Positions 48,055 to 58,639 of a stretch of 64,000 nt of DNA are shown piece by piece. The notes beneath the pieces were generated by a model. That model was given only the letters and a program-made list of their open reading frames with translations, searched no databases and had not been told where the DNA came from. Source of the stretch: Flavobacteriales bacterium (lineage in GTDB: Bacteria > Bacteroidota > Bacteroidia > Flavobacteriales_F > PHOS-HE28); contig JADJCX010000033.1 of assembly GCA_016703005.1 (NCBI GenBank), forward strand, positions 164,430 through 228,429, read 5' to 3'. A program made the position numbers and the translations under genes. Position 1 is the stretch's first letter. Each line of letters starts with the position of its first letter.

Positions 48055-49942
48055 CGGCCCTTGCGGCCCCGTGGCACCAGTAGCTCCTTGCGCACCAACA
48101 GCACCCGCGAGCGGCTGCGAGGTGATACCACCGTCACCGGATCCATCGTGATCATGTTCGGGCAGAAGAGCTTATACACTTGCATGGTGTAGCCGGACTG
48201 GTTCACCACGTAGGCGTAGTTGTCAGCCACGGTCACGGCAAATGATCCTGTACCGGTGGCGATGGTTGCACTGAGACTGGGTGCGGCCGGGTTGCTGATG
48301 TTCCACGCTGTCAGGGTGTTGTTGGCGTTCACCACAAAAGCGTAATTGCTCGCTATGGTCATCGCAAAAGCACCACTACCTAGGCGATGTTGGCAATGAG
48401 GCTGGGCGCAGCCGGGTTCACGTTGAACACCAACATGTTACCAGCCGTATTCGCCAGGCATAGGTGCCCGATACGGCGACGGTATAGGCGCTGGAGACCG
48501 TTGAGATAAGTGGCGCTGAGGCTGGGTGCTGCCGGGTTGCTGACGTTGAACACCATCATGTTGGTGCTGTTGAAGTGTACCACATAAACATAGTTGCCCC
48601 CTGCGGCCACGTCCCGGGGTGGGTACCGGTGGCTATGGTGCTGCTATGAGGCTGGGCGTTACCGGGTTGCTGATATCGAAAACCATGAGGTTGTTACTCG
48701 CGGAGTTCACCAAGTACATGTAGTTGCCCATCACGGCCGCGGAACGAGGGCTCGTACCGGTTGCGACGGTGGCAACCAGGCTGGGTGCAGCCGGGTTGCT
48801 GATGTTGAACACCGACATATTGCTACTTCCGAAGTTCAACACATAAGCGTAATTGCCCGCCACGGTCAAAGCACGCGGACTGGTTCCGGTGGCGATGGTG
48901 GCGCTGAGGCTGGGCGCGGCCGGGTTGCTGATGTTGAACACCATCATGTTGTTGCTGAAGGCGTTCACCACGTAAGCGTAGCTACCGGCCACGGCCCACG
49001 TCAGTGGGGTCTGGAGTCGATACCGGTGGTGATGGTGGCCGTGGTGCTCAAGCAGGCGAGGTTACCTCCTGGCACGTTCCCGCTCCCGAAAATGCTCTCC
49101 GCGCTCAGGTTCTGCCAGCTGGCATTTCCGTTGGCATCGCTGGTGAGGATGTTGCCGCCCTGTGACCGTCGGCCAGTAGTGTTGTGCCAGCCATGCAACT
49201 TGGCCGCTGGGGTGGTGGGTGCCAATGCCACATTGGCTTCGATGGCTCCACTCGCCGGTGCGGCTGTTTGTGCCGGAGTAGGTGGCGCCGCCGCCCTCCT
49301 TCCACATCAATCTGCTGGCGGGCGTGGTGGTGCCGATCCCCACGTTGCCACCGTTCGTGTTTGCGATGTGTTCGCCGTAGTTGACCCATGGTGCGGTCTG
49401 CGAGGTGATCGTACCTGTACTCGCATCCATGGTGATCATGTTCGGGCAGTAGAGATCATACACCGTCATGTTGTTGCTGTTGATGTTCACCACGTAGGCG
49501 GTGCCGCCCTCCACCGCTACGAATTGCGGGCCGGTGCCGGTGGCGATGGTGGCCCTGAGGGTGGGTGCTTCCGGGTTGCTGATGTCGAACAGCAACATGT
49601 TGTTGCTGGTGCCATAAGCGTGGTTTCCTGCCCGGCCACGGATTCGGAGCCTGTCAGCCGCGATCGTGGCCACCAGGGCCGGAGCGGACGGAGTGCTGAT
49701 GTCGAACACATGCAAGTTGTGGGACCCGGAACTCACCACGTAGGCGTGGCTGCCAGCAATGGCCACGGATTGGGGTGTGGGTCCCGTAACGACGATGGCG
49801 ATCAATGTGGGCGCGGCCGGGTTGCTGATGTTGAACACCTGCATCGTGTTGCTGCCCCGGTTCACGGCGTAGAGGTAACTACCAGCCACCTGGAGCGAGG
49901 TCGGTTCTGGCCCGGTATAGGTGGTGGAGACCAGGCTGGGCG

Positions 49943-51088
49943 CTAAAGGGGCAATGATGTCGTACGTGAGGATGCGCTCCGGCGAGTTGTGAGCGACACG
50001 TACAGGAAGTTCCCGGATATGGCCACCGACCGAGGGTACAACCCTATGTTAACGCTGCCTTCAAGTACCGGCGCCGATGGAACGCTGATATCATAGATGC
50101 GCATCGAACTGCCGCCGGATGTGATGACGTAGGCGTAGCCACCGCCGATGGCCATGGAGATCGGCAGCATGTCGATGCCGCTTACGGTGCTTGCAAGAAC
50201 AGGTGCAGCCGGCGTGCTGATATTGAACACGTTCATGGATCCGTCATCCTGGTTCAGGACATAGGCATGATCTCCGTTGATCGTCACGAAACGGGGTTTC
50301 AACCCTGTTCCTATAGCGGCCGTTTGACTCGCACAGCCTAAGGTGCCCCCCGGCACGTTCCCGCTGCCGAAAACGCTCTCCGCGCTCAGGTTCTGCCAAC
50401 TCGCGTTGCCGTTCGCATCGCTGGTGAGCACCTTGGCTGCGCCTTGTGAGCCGTCCTGGTATTTGATGCCGCCCACCACATGCAATGTGGTGTCCGGCGC
50501 GCTGGTGCCGATGCCCACGCGCCTGCCATTGTTGTGCAGGGTATCGCCGCTCAACACCCAACCGGGCGTACCGGCCAGGCTGGAGAGGTCCACGCCGTTG
50601 CCGCCGGTGATGTAGAGCGTGTCGTTGCTCAGCGTGAGCGTTTGCGGTACGCTGGTGGTATTGCTATCGCTGGTGAGGGCGTGCATGGCGAAGGGCACTG
50701 CCTTGAAGGGCCCGCCGCTGAGGAAGGTGTAGTTGGTGCCGCCGGTCACATCCACCGCCACGCTGTAGGTGATGGGTTGTCCGCTGGCCCACTGCACATC
50801 AGCGAACGTGGGAATGGCCGAGCCGCCCACCGGCGTGCCCTGCCCGATGGTGAGGGCGATGAGCCCGTAGGCGTCGGTGCTGGCGCCGTGCGTCTCCACG
50901 TAGGTGTCCGAGGGGCCCACCTGAATGGTCACTTGCACGCCCACGGGCTGGCTGGGCACGGGGTCGCCAACGTTGTCGCGTACCACGGCCTGGTAGCTGA
51001 AGCCACTGAAGTTCTGCGCGATGCCTTGCACCCCGATGAGGAGGGTGAAGGCGAGCAGCAACGAACGGAACGAATGCGTAGAGAGCAT
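49943..51088 (-). CDS. N-terminal fragment of the giant protein (signal peptide, beta-helix, first LVIVD-like repeats)
   Basis: MLSTHSFRSLLLAFTLLIGVQGIAQ. VLTSDANGNASWQNLSAESVFGSGNVPGG. YAYVLNQDDGSMNVFNISTPAAPVL and YAYVITSGGSSMRIYDISVPSAPVL are LVIVD-like. Confidence 0.6.
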   Translation of the reverse strand: MLSTHSFRSLLLAFTLLIGVQGIAQNFSGFSYQAVVRDNVGDPVPSQPVGVQVTIQVGPSDTYVETHGASTDAYGLIALTIGQGTPVGGSAIPTFADVQWASGQPITYSVAVDVTGGTNYTFLSGGPFKAVPFAMHALTSDSNTTSVPQTLTLSNDTLYITGGNGVDLSSLAGTPGWVLSGDTLHNNGRRVGIGTSAPDTTLHVVGGIKYQDGSQGAAKVLTSDANGNASWQNLSAESVFGSGNVPGGTLGCASQTAAIGTGLKPRFVTINGDHAYVLNQDDGSMNVFNISTPAAPVLASTVSGIDMLPISMAIGGGYAYVITSGGSSMRIYDISVPSAPVLEGSVNIGLYPRSVAISGNFLYVSLTTRRSASSRTTSLPL

Positions 51089-51231
51089 GGTGTTGGTTTT
51101 CGGTGAGGCAAAGCAGCCGTGTTACCGCGCACGCATCAATCGGGTATCCCTATGATGTTGCTGCTACCTTGTCATAGGATCCTATGATGCATGCACAGTG
51201 GTTCCGCGCAAGCTGCGTAACGTTGGCGCGG

Positions 51232-54200
51232 ATGCGCCGGTCATCGCCATTCACACACGCCAGAGCTGCCGTGCATTGCATGGCCGGTCTTCTCCTTGCA
51301 GGCGCATGGCTGTGCACAGGCACGGCCTACGCCCAGTTGGACACCGTGGATGTCCAACTCGACGCCATCACCGTGGAGGACGGCCTGCCCATGGGCTATG
51401 TGCTGGCCATGGCGCAGGACAGCACGGGCTACCTCTGGCTAGGCACCAACGATGGCCTCGCGCGATACGATGGATACGACTTCACCGTGTTCCGCCAAGA
51501 TGCGCAGGACAGCAGCAGCATCGGCGCGAACCGCATCAGCAGTTTGCTGGTGGATCGTGAAGGCTACCTGTGGGTGGGCTTTGCGCCTTTCGGTCTGGAC
51601 CGCTACGATCCACGTACAGGGCGCTTCGCGCATGTGCGGGTGGATGGCTTGGGTGCTGATGTGCGATCTACCCTGCTGGCGGATCTCTGCCTTGATGCAC
51701 GAGGGCGGGTATGGATGACCGCTACGATACCGAACGACGTCGTGGCCTACGTCGTGGATCCTGCATTACCAGGCCCACTGGTTGTGATGGAGCCGCGCGA
51801 ACTGCGTCCGCCCATCGCACCGTTGCGGAATGCTTTCGCCTTCATCGGTCCCGGCGGCGATCCGTGGTTCACCAGCCCGGATACCATTCGCTGCGCACAC
51901 TATGGAAGCGACGGCTCTGTTCAACTGACCGATCGGGCGCACAGCATCCCTTGGTGGATGGACGATGGCATCCGGCAGTCACCGATCCTGATGACCGACC
52001 CTGTGAGCAGCACCATGCTGGTGACCGAGCCTGGTTACCTCACCCGCATGAACGCTGGCAAGGCAGCTCCCTTGGATACGATCCACCTGCCTTTGGCCGA
52101 TCACAGGAAATGCAAGGTGCTTGACTCCCACGGTCGGCTTTGGGCGGACCGTTACGAGGAACTCGATTCGCGGGTGGACGTGGTGTCTGGCAGAACGGAG
52201 GTCGTGAAGACCTTCGTCGAGGGCGCCGCCGGTGGGCGCTCGCCGATCAATGGGTTGACCCCGATCTTGGAGGACCGGGCCGGTAACATCTGGCATCAAT
52301 CAGGCGGCTACGGCCTGTTCTGGTCGAACACGCGCAACGAACGTTTCAAGCGGGTGGGTGCTGGAGATCTGATCGGCCTCAATGCGGGTAATGTGGACGG
52401 GACCGTGCTGATCAGCAACGTCGGTAGGGGACCGGTCGCGCGGTACCTGATCTCCAAGGAGGTCTGGAAAGGCCATCCCCAGCGTATCCCCGCATCGCGA
52501 CTACTTGATGTTCGGTGCCGTGGACGATCAAGGCAGGTTGTGGGCGGCCGAAGTGGTTCCGGGCTCACGCGCTATCCGGGTCGTGCTCTTCGAGAACGAT
52601 CGCCGCATCGATGTCCCGTCCCTCGCGAACGATCGCAGCCGTGCGATCCTGCCGGGTAGGAACAACACGCTATGGGTGGTCTCTTGCGATACGGTCGATG
52701 TCTTGACAAGCCTGGTGCATGTTGATGCTCGCACGGGTGACATCATTCGCCGCTACACGCCACCCCCGGTTTTCGGTTCTGGTGCCAACGAGCAGATCAA
52801 ATCGATCACTCACCATCCCGATGGCACCATCTGGATGGGTACGGAACGCGGCCTGCACCACTTGGACCCCAAGACGGGTGTTTGGAAGGTCTACCGGCAT
52901 GATGAACGCGATCCGCATTCGCTGCCGAGCGACCTGGTCCTCACCACCTGCCTGGACCCGGCCGATCCGGAGCACGTGCTCTGGGTGGGCACGAACGGCG
53001 GTGGCCTCGCGCGCTTCGACCTGCGCACACGAAAATTCAAGCGATACACAACCAAGGACGGCTTGCCGAACAATGTGATCTACGGCATCCTGAGCGATGC
53101 GCGCAAGAACCTGTGGATCGGCACCAACCAGGGCTTATGCCAATTCGATCCGCATTCGGGTGCGATGACGACGTACACCACGGAGGACGGCTTACCCAGC
53201 AACGAATTCAACACCTACAGCTACGCGAAGGCCGATAACGGCGAACTCTGGTTCGAGGGCATGGGCGGTGCCTTCCACTTCAACCCCGAGGACTTCTACG
53301 AGACGATCCCCGCGTCGCCTACGGTGATCACCAGCCTGAAGCTCGTGGGCAAGGCTGTGACAGTGGCCGGTCTCGGCAACGCCACCGGTGAAGGCTACGA
53401 ACTCCCTGCGCCCATCGAGTACGTGCGCAGCATCACCCTGCCGTACAGCGAGCGCATGATCACCTTCTCCTTCGCGTGCATGGACCACACCGCACCGCTG
53501 AAGAACACGTTCCGCTACAGGCTCGAGAACTTCAGCAAGGACTGGGTGGAAGTGGGCACCGTGCACGAGGCCACCTTCACCAACCTCGATCCCGGCACCT
53601 ACACCTTCCGCGTGCAAGGGCGCAACAGCGCGGGCGTTTTGGATGAACGCGGCGCGGCGATGCAACTCATCATCACGCCGCCGTGGTGGGGCACCTGGTG
53701 GTTCAGGATCATTGCGGCGCTATCCATAACAGCCGGAGTGGTCGCCTTCTACCGCTACCGCCTGGCGCAAGCGGTGAAAGTGGTGCGCGTGCGAGCGCAT
53801 CGCGCGCGACCTTCACGATGAGATCGGTTCCACCTTGAGCAGTGTGCAGTTGTACAGTGCCGTGGCCGAGAGCAAGACCAAAGGCACCCAACCCGAAACG
53901 CACGAACTGTTGGGCCGGATCACCGAAGGCACCACCTCTGTGCTGGAGGCCATGAACGATATCGTGTGGGCCGTGAACGCCGAGAACGATGACCTGGCCC
54001 ATGTGGTGCAACGCATGAACAGCTATGCCGAGCGCATGGCGGACGCGCGTGATTGTGCGCTCCGTTTCGAGGTGCAGGAGGGCATCGCCTCACAGCCCCT
54101 GGGCATGACACAGCGCAAGAACCTCTACCTCATCTTCAAGGAGGCGCTCAACAATGCGATGAAGTATTCGGCGTGCAAGAACCTGCTCATCGAACTGCGC

Positions 54201-54449
54201 AAAGAAGGTTCCGGCCACCTCTTGCGGGTCCGGGACGATGGCATCGGATTCGAGGTGGATGCGCAACGGCCGGATAACCTCGGTGGCAACGGACTTGGCA
54301 ACATGCGTCGCCGCGCCGACGAGATGGGCGGCACCTTGCACGTGCGTTCGGCCCCGGGGCAAGGCACCACCGTGGAACTGCGCTTCTCCGCCGTGCCGGG
54401 CGAAATATCAGTGGATCATATGAGCAGCCCCGTCGATACGCCCCGGTAA
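51232..54449 (+). CDS. Hybrid sensor histidine kinase of the two-component-regulator-propeller/Y_Y_Y family, split by two frameshifts
   Basis: Reg_prop repeats (GYLWLGTNDGLARYDGYDF, GTIWMGTERGLHHLDP, LWVGTNGGGLARFD, LWIGTNQGLCQFDP). Y_Y_Y (GTYTFRVQGRNSAG). TM. H-box RIARDLHDEIGSTLSSV. HATPase_c (GNGLGNMRRRADEMGGTL). Frame changes near 52470-52505 and 53780-53800. Confidence 0.6.
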
Positions 54450-54459
54450 TTTCGCCCAC

Positions 54460-55098
54460 ATGAAAGTGCGTGTTGCCGTGTTCGACGACCATGCCAAACG
54501 GCGTGATGGCCTGCGCATGCTCATCGATTCCACGGACAACCTGGAATGCGTCGGCCTCTTCGCCGATTGCCGCGACGTGGTGCGCCATGTGCTGGAGTGC
54601 AAACCGGACGTGGTGCTCATGGACATCGACATGCCGCATGTGGACGGGGTGCAGGGGGTGATCCTCCTGCGCAAGCAGTTCAAGGACCTGAAGATCCTGA
54701 TGCAAACGGTCTTCGAGGACAACGAGAAAATATTCGCCGCGATCCTCGCCGGTGCCGATGGCTACCTGCTGAAGCAGACCTCACCCACCAAGTTGTTGGA
54801 AGCGATCGTGGAGGTCACGCAAGGCGGTGCACCCATGACACCCGCCATCGCCAAGAAGGTCTTGCAACTCTTCGCGCAGCGCAGCGGCGCAGCCAAGCCG
54901 AACGATTTCCAACTCACCGAGCGCGAGACGGAGATCCTGAAATTGCTGGTGGACGGCTTCAGCTACAAGTCCATCGCGGCCAAGTGCTACATCAGCTCCG
55001 GCACGGTGAACACGCACATCAGCCACATCTACGAAAAGCTGCAGGTGAATTCCATGGCCAGCGCGGTGAGCGTGGCACTGCGGGAGGGTTTGGTGTGA
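54460..55098 (+). CDS. Response regulator, NarL/LuxR family (REC + HTH)
   Basis: MKVRVAVFDDH...VVLMDIDMPHVDG (REC). TERETEILKLLVDGFSYKSIAAKCYISSGTVNTHISHIYEKL (LuxR HTH). Confidence 0.85.
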   Translation: MKVRVAVFDDHAKRRDGLRMLIDSTDNLECVGLFADCRDVVRHVLECKPDVVLMDIDMPHVDGVQGVILLRKQFKDLKILMQTVFEDNEKIFAAILAGADGYLLKQTSPTKLLEAIVEVTQGGAPMTPAIAKKVLQLFAQRSGAAKPNDFQLTERETEILKLLVDGFSYKSIAAKCYISSGTVNTHISHIYEKLQVNSMASAVSVALREGLV

Positions 55099-55106
55099 GT
55101 GCGGAT

Positions 55107-55238
55107 CGGTCCGAATGTTCCACAGCAGGCGTACTGGTTCGAGGGCAAGACCAGGACTACGAGGAGAACCGCAAGAAGCGTTTAGGTGGGGATCTCGTGC
55201 CGCACCGGATGAAGTACCGGAAGCTGGTGCGGGGTTGA
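55107..55238 (+). pseudogene. Relic duplicate of the ettA 3' end (gene fragment)
   Basis: ~130 bp that is ~85% identical to 44536-44665. Encodes ...YWFEGK/QDYEENRKKRLGGDLVPHRMKYRKLVRG* with an internal 1-nt deletion. Confidence 0.45.
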
Positions 55239-55273
55239 TCAGAAGATCAGACAATAGGACGATCAGAAAACGA

Positions 55274-55300
55274 GAAGCCCCGACACGTCGGGGCTTCTGC
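55274..55300. terminator. Bidirectional hairpin terminator
   Basis: gaagccccgac-ac-gtcggggcttc is a perfect 11-bp stem between convergent genes. Confidence 0.55.
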
Positions 55301-55317
55301 TTACAGGATCCTTATCG

Positions 55318-56256
55318 CTATTCGAACGTGCAGCGTACGTTCTTGACCATCTGACCGCGACGGCGGAGAACGATGGTGTACGCGCCGCTGGGCAGATTCC
55401 CATGATCAATGGTGATGCGCTCCGTGCCGCTGATCCCTTCGGAGCGATGCGATCGCCCCAGCACATCCATCAGTTCCCAGCTGTCCGTTCCGGTCCGGCT
55501 TACGTCCAATACTGCCACATCGATGATGGGGTTGGGGAATAGCGTGGGTGCATCGTGTGTCGACGCAGCGACATCGCCCAAGCCTTCCGCTCCCTGCTCT
55601 TGGAGTATGACGTTGTCGACGTAGTAGTAGTTCTCCGTTCCGGGGCACGATCCAGAGAGGATCAACACATTACAATCGGGCGGTGCGATGAAGGTGAGGC
55701 TATGCGTTCCCCACTGCGTATTACTGATCGTGTTGTAGGGTACGGTGGCCAGCAGCTGAACGGACGGTGAACCCGTGGGACAGAGGGGGAAGATGGTATC
55801 GATGTTGGAGAACAGGTGGAAGTCGTCAGTCCCCGTGCTGAACATGCCGGTTTGGCAAGTGAACAGGTCCACGCTCAGGGTGTACGCCAGGCCTTCGACC
55901 AAGGGCGTGCTCAGCTTTTGGTAGATCGCCTCGTTGTAAGGAGGGTTGAAGATCCTGGTGTGGAATCCCACGTAGCGGGTTCCATCGGAGCCGATCAATG
56001 CTGGCCCGGGCAGGCAGAGGTCGTAGTTGTTCTGACCGCAGTAAATATCAACGCTGCAGATCCCGTGGTTCGGGTCCGGACCGGCTGCGTACCAGCTCAC
56101 CACATTATTGTGGAATGCGCCATTGGGTGCGAACGAATTGCATGGCCCCGTATGTACCTCGAAACTTCCGTTCTCAATGAGGTTCTGCGCGTAGCCGGGT
56201 GTACACGGCAGCGCACCACAGAGGATGCCTGGTAAAGTCCAGTAGTTACGGTTCAT
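55318..56256 (-). CDS. Secreted hypothetical protein with T9SS C-terminal sorting domain
   Basis: Signal MNRNYWTLPGILCGALPCTPGYAQ. C-terminal TLFPNPIIDVAVLDVS...GAYTIVLRRRGQMVKNV. Confidence 0.55.
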   Translation of the reverse strand: MNRNYWTLPGILCGALPCTPGYAQNLIENGSFEVHTGPCNSFAPNGAFHNNVVSWYAAGPDPNHGICSVDIYCGQNNYDLCLPGPALIGSDGTRYVGFHTRIFNPPYNEAIYQKLSTPLVEGLAYTLSVDLFTCQTGMFSTGTDDFHLFSNIDTIFPLCPTGSPSVQLLATVPYNTISNTQWGTHSLTFIAPPDCNVLILSGSCPGTENYYYVDNVILQEQGAEGLGDVAASTHDAPTLFPNPIIDVAVLDVSRTGTDSWELMDVLGRSHRSEGISGTERITIDHGNLPSGAYTIVLRRRGQMVKNVRCTFE

Positions 56257-56389
56257 GGGTGGGTCGATAAACGTGATCGCGGAGTATGCGCGGCACCAAT
56301 AGTAACCCGACCCGCGCTCGGGTGTCACGTGAAGTCAAGGGCGGAGCATCGCCGGAAGCGCGCGGATCCGGAGCGTGCCTTCACGCCGA

Positions 56390-58147
56390 TCACAACGGCC
56401 ATTGGCGCTGCACCAGAAAGAAGATAACCACCAGCAGTATCGCGGTGAGCGGTCCGCCCACGCGGAGGAAGTCCGTGAAGCGGTACCGGCCCGGGGTGTA
56501 TACGAGCACGCACGACGGTTCGAACGGCGTGATGAGCGAGATGGAAGCGGAGAGCATCACCGCCATGCCGAAGGTGACCGGCGATGCGCCCAGCGCGGTC
56601 GCTGCGCTGATGGCGATGGGCAGCACCACCAAGGCCGCGGCCGCATTGCTCATGGGTTGGGTGAGCAGCACGGTGAGCACCATGAAACCGGCCAGCGTGC
56701 CTTGCACGCCCATCGGTGCGCAGAGCTTCACCACCCACGAGCTGAGGAACTGGTCCGCGCCGCTGTTCACCATGGCCGTGCCCATGGCCGTCATACCACC
56801 GATCAAGATGATCAATCGCCAGTCGATGGCGGTATAGGCTTGCATGCTATCGGTAATGCGCAGCAGCACCGTGGCGAGCGCCGCGCAGAGGAAGGCGATG
56901 GCCAACGGCACCAGTCCGGTGGTGCTCAGCACAATGGCCACCAGGAAGAGGCCGATGGAGATGTAGCCCTTGCGTACGCGCTTCGGGTCGGTGGTGAACT
57001 TCTCCAGCGAGATCAGGTTGTGTTGGTCGTTGAGTTCGTGCAGGGCTTCGGGTGGACCTTGCACCAAGAGCACATCGCCCACGCGCAAACGCACTTTGCC
57101 GATGTGGCTGGACAAGCGCTCTCCCGCGCGGTGCACCGCTGCCACGGCCAAGCCGTACCGGTCAAGGAACCGGGCCTGCGCAATGGTGCTGCCAACGAGG
57201 CGTGAGCTCGATGGGATCAGCACTTCCGTCAACATCACCTCTTCGCTCTTACCGTTCCCGGCCATCAGTTCATCGGCCAGGATCTCGATGCCGGCTTTGT
57301 CTTTCACTGACAATAGGGTGTCCACATCACCCTGCACCAGCACCACGTCGCCTTCCTTGTAGAGCATGCCCCGTGTACCGAACAACTGGTGGTCGTTGCG
57401 CTTCACGGAAAGCACCTCGAAGCCGCTGGCCGTGAGTTCCGATGCGCCCACGCGGGTGCCGATCAAGCTGCTGCCAGCCAACACGCGGATCTCGCTGGTG
57501 TACAGTCGGCCCGCAGTGGCGGTGCCTTCATCGGGCGCTTCGCGCACAGGAGTGAGCCACCGGCCCAACGTCATCATGTATACCAGCGTAACGGCGACGA
57601 GCACCAGGCCGATCCCGAAGAAATCGAACATGCCGATGGTGGCGATGCCGTGCTGCTGGAGGTAAGCCGATACCACGATGTTGGTGCTGGTGCCGATGAC
57701 GGTGCACGTGCCGCCCACGATGCTGGAGAAGGCCAACGCCATGAGCAATTTGCTCGCGGGCAGCTTCGACTTCTTCGCCAGCGCCAGCACCGGTGGGATC
57801 AGCAACGCGGTGAGGGTGGTGTTGTTCATGAACGCGCTCATCAACGCGGTGAAGGGTAGGAGCCAGAGCATGAGCCCCACCACTTTCGCCGGCTTCGAAC
57901 GGCTCAAGCGGTTGGCCACTTCATCCAATACCCCGGAAGTTTCCACGGCATTGGTGATCACGTAGATGGAAGCGAGCATGACGATGAAGTCCGTGCCGAA
58001 GGCCGCGAAGGCTTCGCCGGTCGTGAGGATGCCGGTGAGCACCAGCACCACCAGCAGCAGGCCGGTAACCAGATCCACACCGATGCGTTCGGTGCTGAAG
58101 AGGATGATGGCGGCCACGAGCAGGCCAAGGACCAGGGCGATCTCCAT
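56390..58147 (-). CDS. SLC13/DASS family anion:Na+ symporter with two internal TrkA-C domains
   Basis: 585 aa. N- and C-terminal permease halves flank two TrkA_C-like segments (LRVGDVLLVQGPPEALHEL; KEGDVVLVQGDVDTLLSV). Confidence 0.8.
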   Translation of the reverse strand: MEIALVLGLLVAAIILFSTERIGVDLVTGLLLVVLVLTGILTTGEAFAAFGTDFIVMLASIYVITNAVETSGVLDEVANRLSRSKPAKVVGLMLWLLPFTALMSAFMNNTTLTALLIPPVLALAKKSKLPASKLLMALAFSSIVGGTCTVIGTSTNIVVSAYLQQHGIATIGMFDFFGIGLVLVAVTLVYMMTLGRWLTPVREAPDEGTATAGRLYTSEIRVLAGSSLIGTRVGASELTASGFEVLSVKRNDHQLFGTRGMLYKEGDVVLVQGDVDTLLSVKDKAGIEILADELMAGNGKSEEVMLTEVLIPSSSRLVGSTIAQARFLDRYGLAVAAVHRAGERLSSHIGKVRLRVGDVLLVQGPPEALHELNDQHNLISLEKFTTDPKRVRKGYISIGLFLVAIVLSTTGLVPLAIAFLCAALATVLLRITDSMQAYTAIDWRLIILIGGMTAMGTAMVNSGADQFLSSWVVKLCAPMGVQGTLAGFMVLTVLLTQPMSNAAAALVVLPIAISAATALGASPVTFGMAVMLSASISLITPFEPSCVLVYTPGRYRFTDFLRVGGPLTAILLVVIFFLVQRQWPL

Positions 58148-58151
58148 ACGG

Positions 58152-58508
58152 TCAGATGGGCGTTTCCACCTTTGGTAGTGGGATGCCGGCCTTGTAGAAC
58201 CGGTCCAATTGGCGCCGTAGCGTGTGGTAGCGGTAGAGCCCGATCACCACAAAGACCACGCAGAGCACCAAGGAGAAGTTGCCCGCCCAGCGCAGATCAC
58301 CATACCCTTCCAGTTGGAGCAGGGCGATGCCGCCGATCAGCAGGTACAGGGCCGAACGGATGTAGCTGAGCAAGGTGCGCTCATTCGCCAGCCGGGTGCG
58401 CACCAGCGCCAGGTGATCCCGTAGGATCAGCTCATCGGTATTGGTGAAATCGCGATCCCCCAACAGGAGACCTTGCAGTGCGGTGGCGGTGAAAAGGGTG
58501 GATCGCAT
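58152..58508 (-). CDS. DUF202 (YidH-like) membrane protein
   Basis: RDHLALVRTRLANERTLLSYIRSALYLLIGGIALLQL is the DUF202 signature. Confidence 0.6.
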   Translation of the reverse strand: MRSTLFTATALQGLLLGDRDFTNTDELILRDHLALVRTRLANERTLLSYIRSALYLLIGGIALLQLEGYGDLRWAGNFSLVLCVVFVVIGLYRYHTLRRQLDRFYKAGIPLPKVETPI

Positions 58509-58639
58509 GGGTGCCGGATCCGTTGCCGCTGCTTAGTGGCTGATCGTTACGCGGGTTCCAAGGTACCTGCATTCATCGCCGTTCGTGCAGAAGAGCGATC
58601 GAATGGTCCAGCGAGGACATCGCGCAACCGCACGACGCA

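Larger units (their letters stand above)
45861..51088 (-). pseudogene. Giant repetitive secreted protein locus fragmented by at least 6 frameshifts (LVIVD repeats + beta-helix + collagen-like + tail-fibre-type C-terminus)
   Basis: Consecutive minus-strand ORFs (49943-51088, 49062-49889, 49001-49231, 48633-48992, 48380-48610, 48024-48362, 46486-48054, 45861-46655) carry the same repeat modules and continue one another across frame changes. Confidence 0.55.

Noticed and set aside
45861-51088. Prophage or phage tail region (because of the tail-fibre-type C-terminal chaperone domain and collagen-like repeats)
   Set aside because: No capsid, terminase, portal, baseplate or integrase genes are nearby. 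The flanking genes are cellular. It is more likely a cellular fibre or adhesin that has acquired a tail-fibre-like module.
54546-55238. 230-aa + strand ORF overlapping the response-regulator gene
   Set aside because: It is an alternative frame of the REC/LuxR gene. Only its last ~35 codons are meaningful, as the ettA relic (reported separately).
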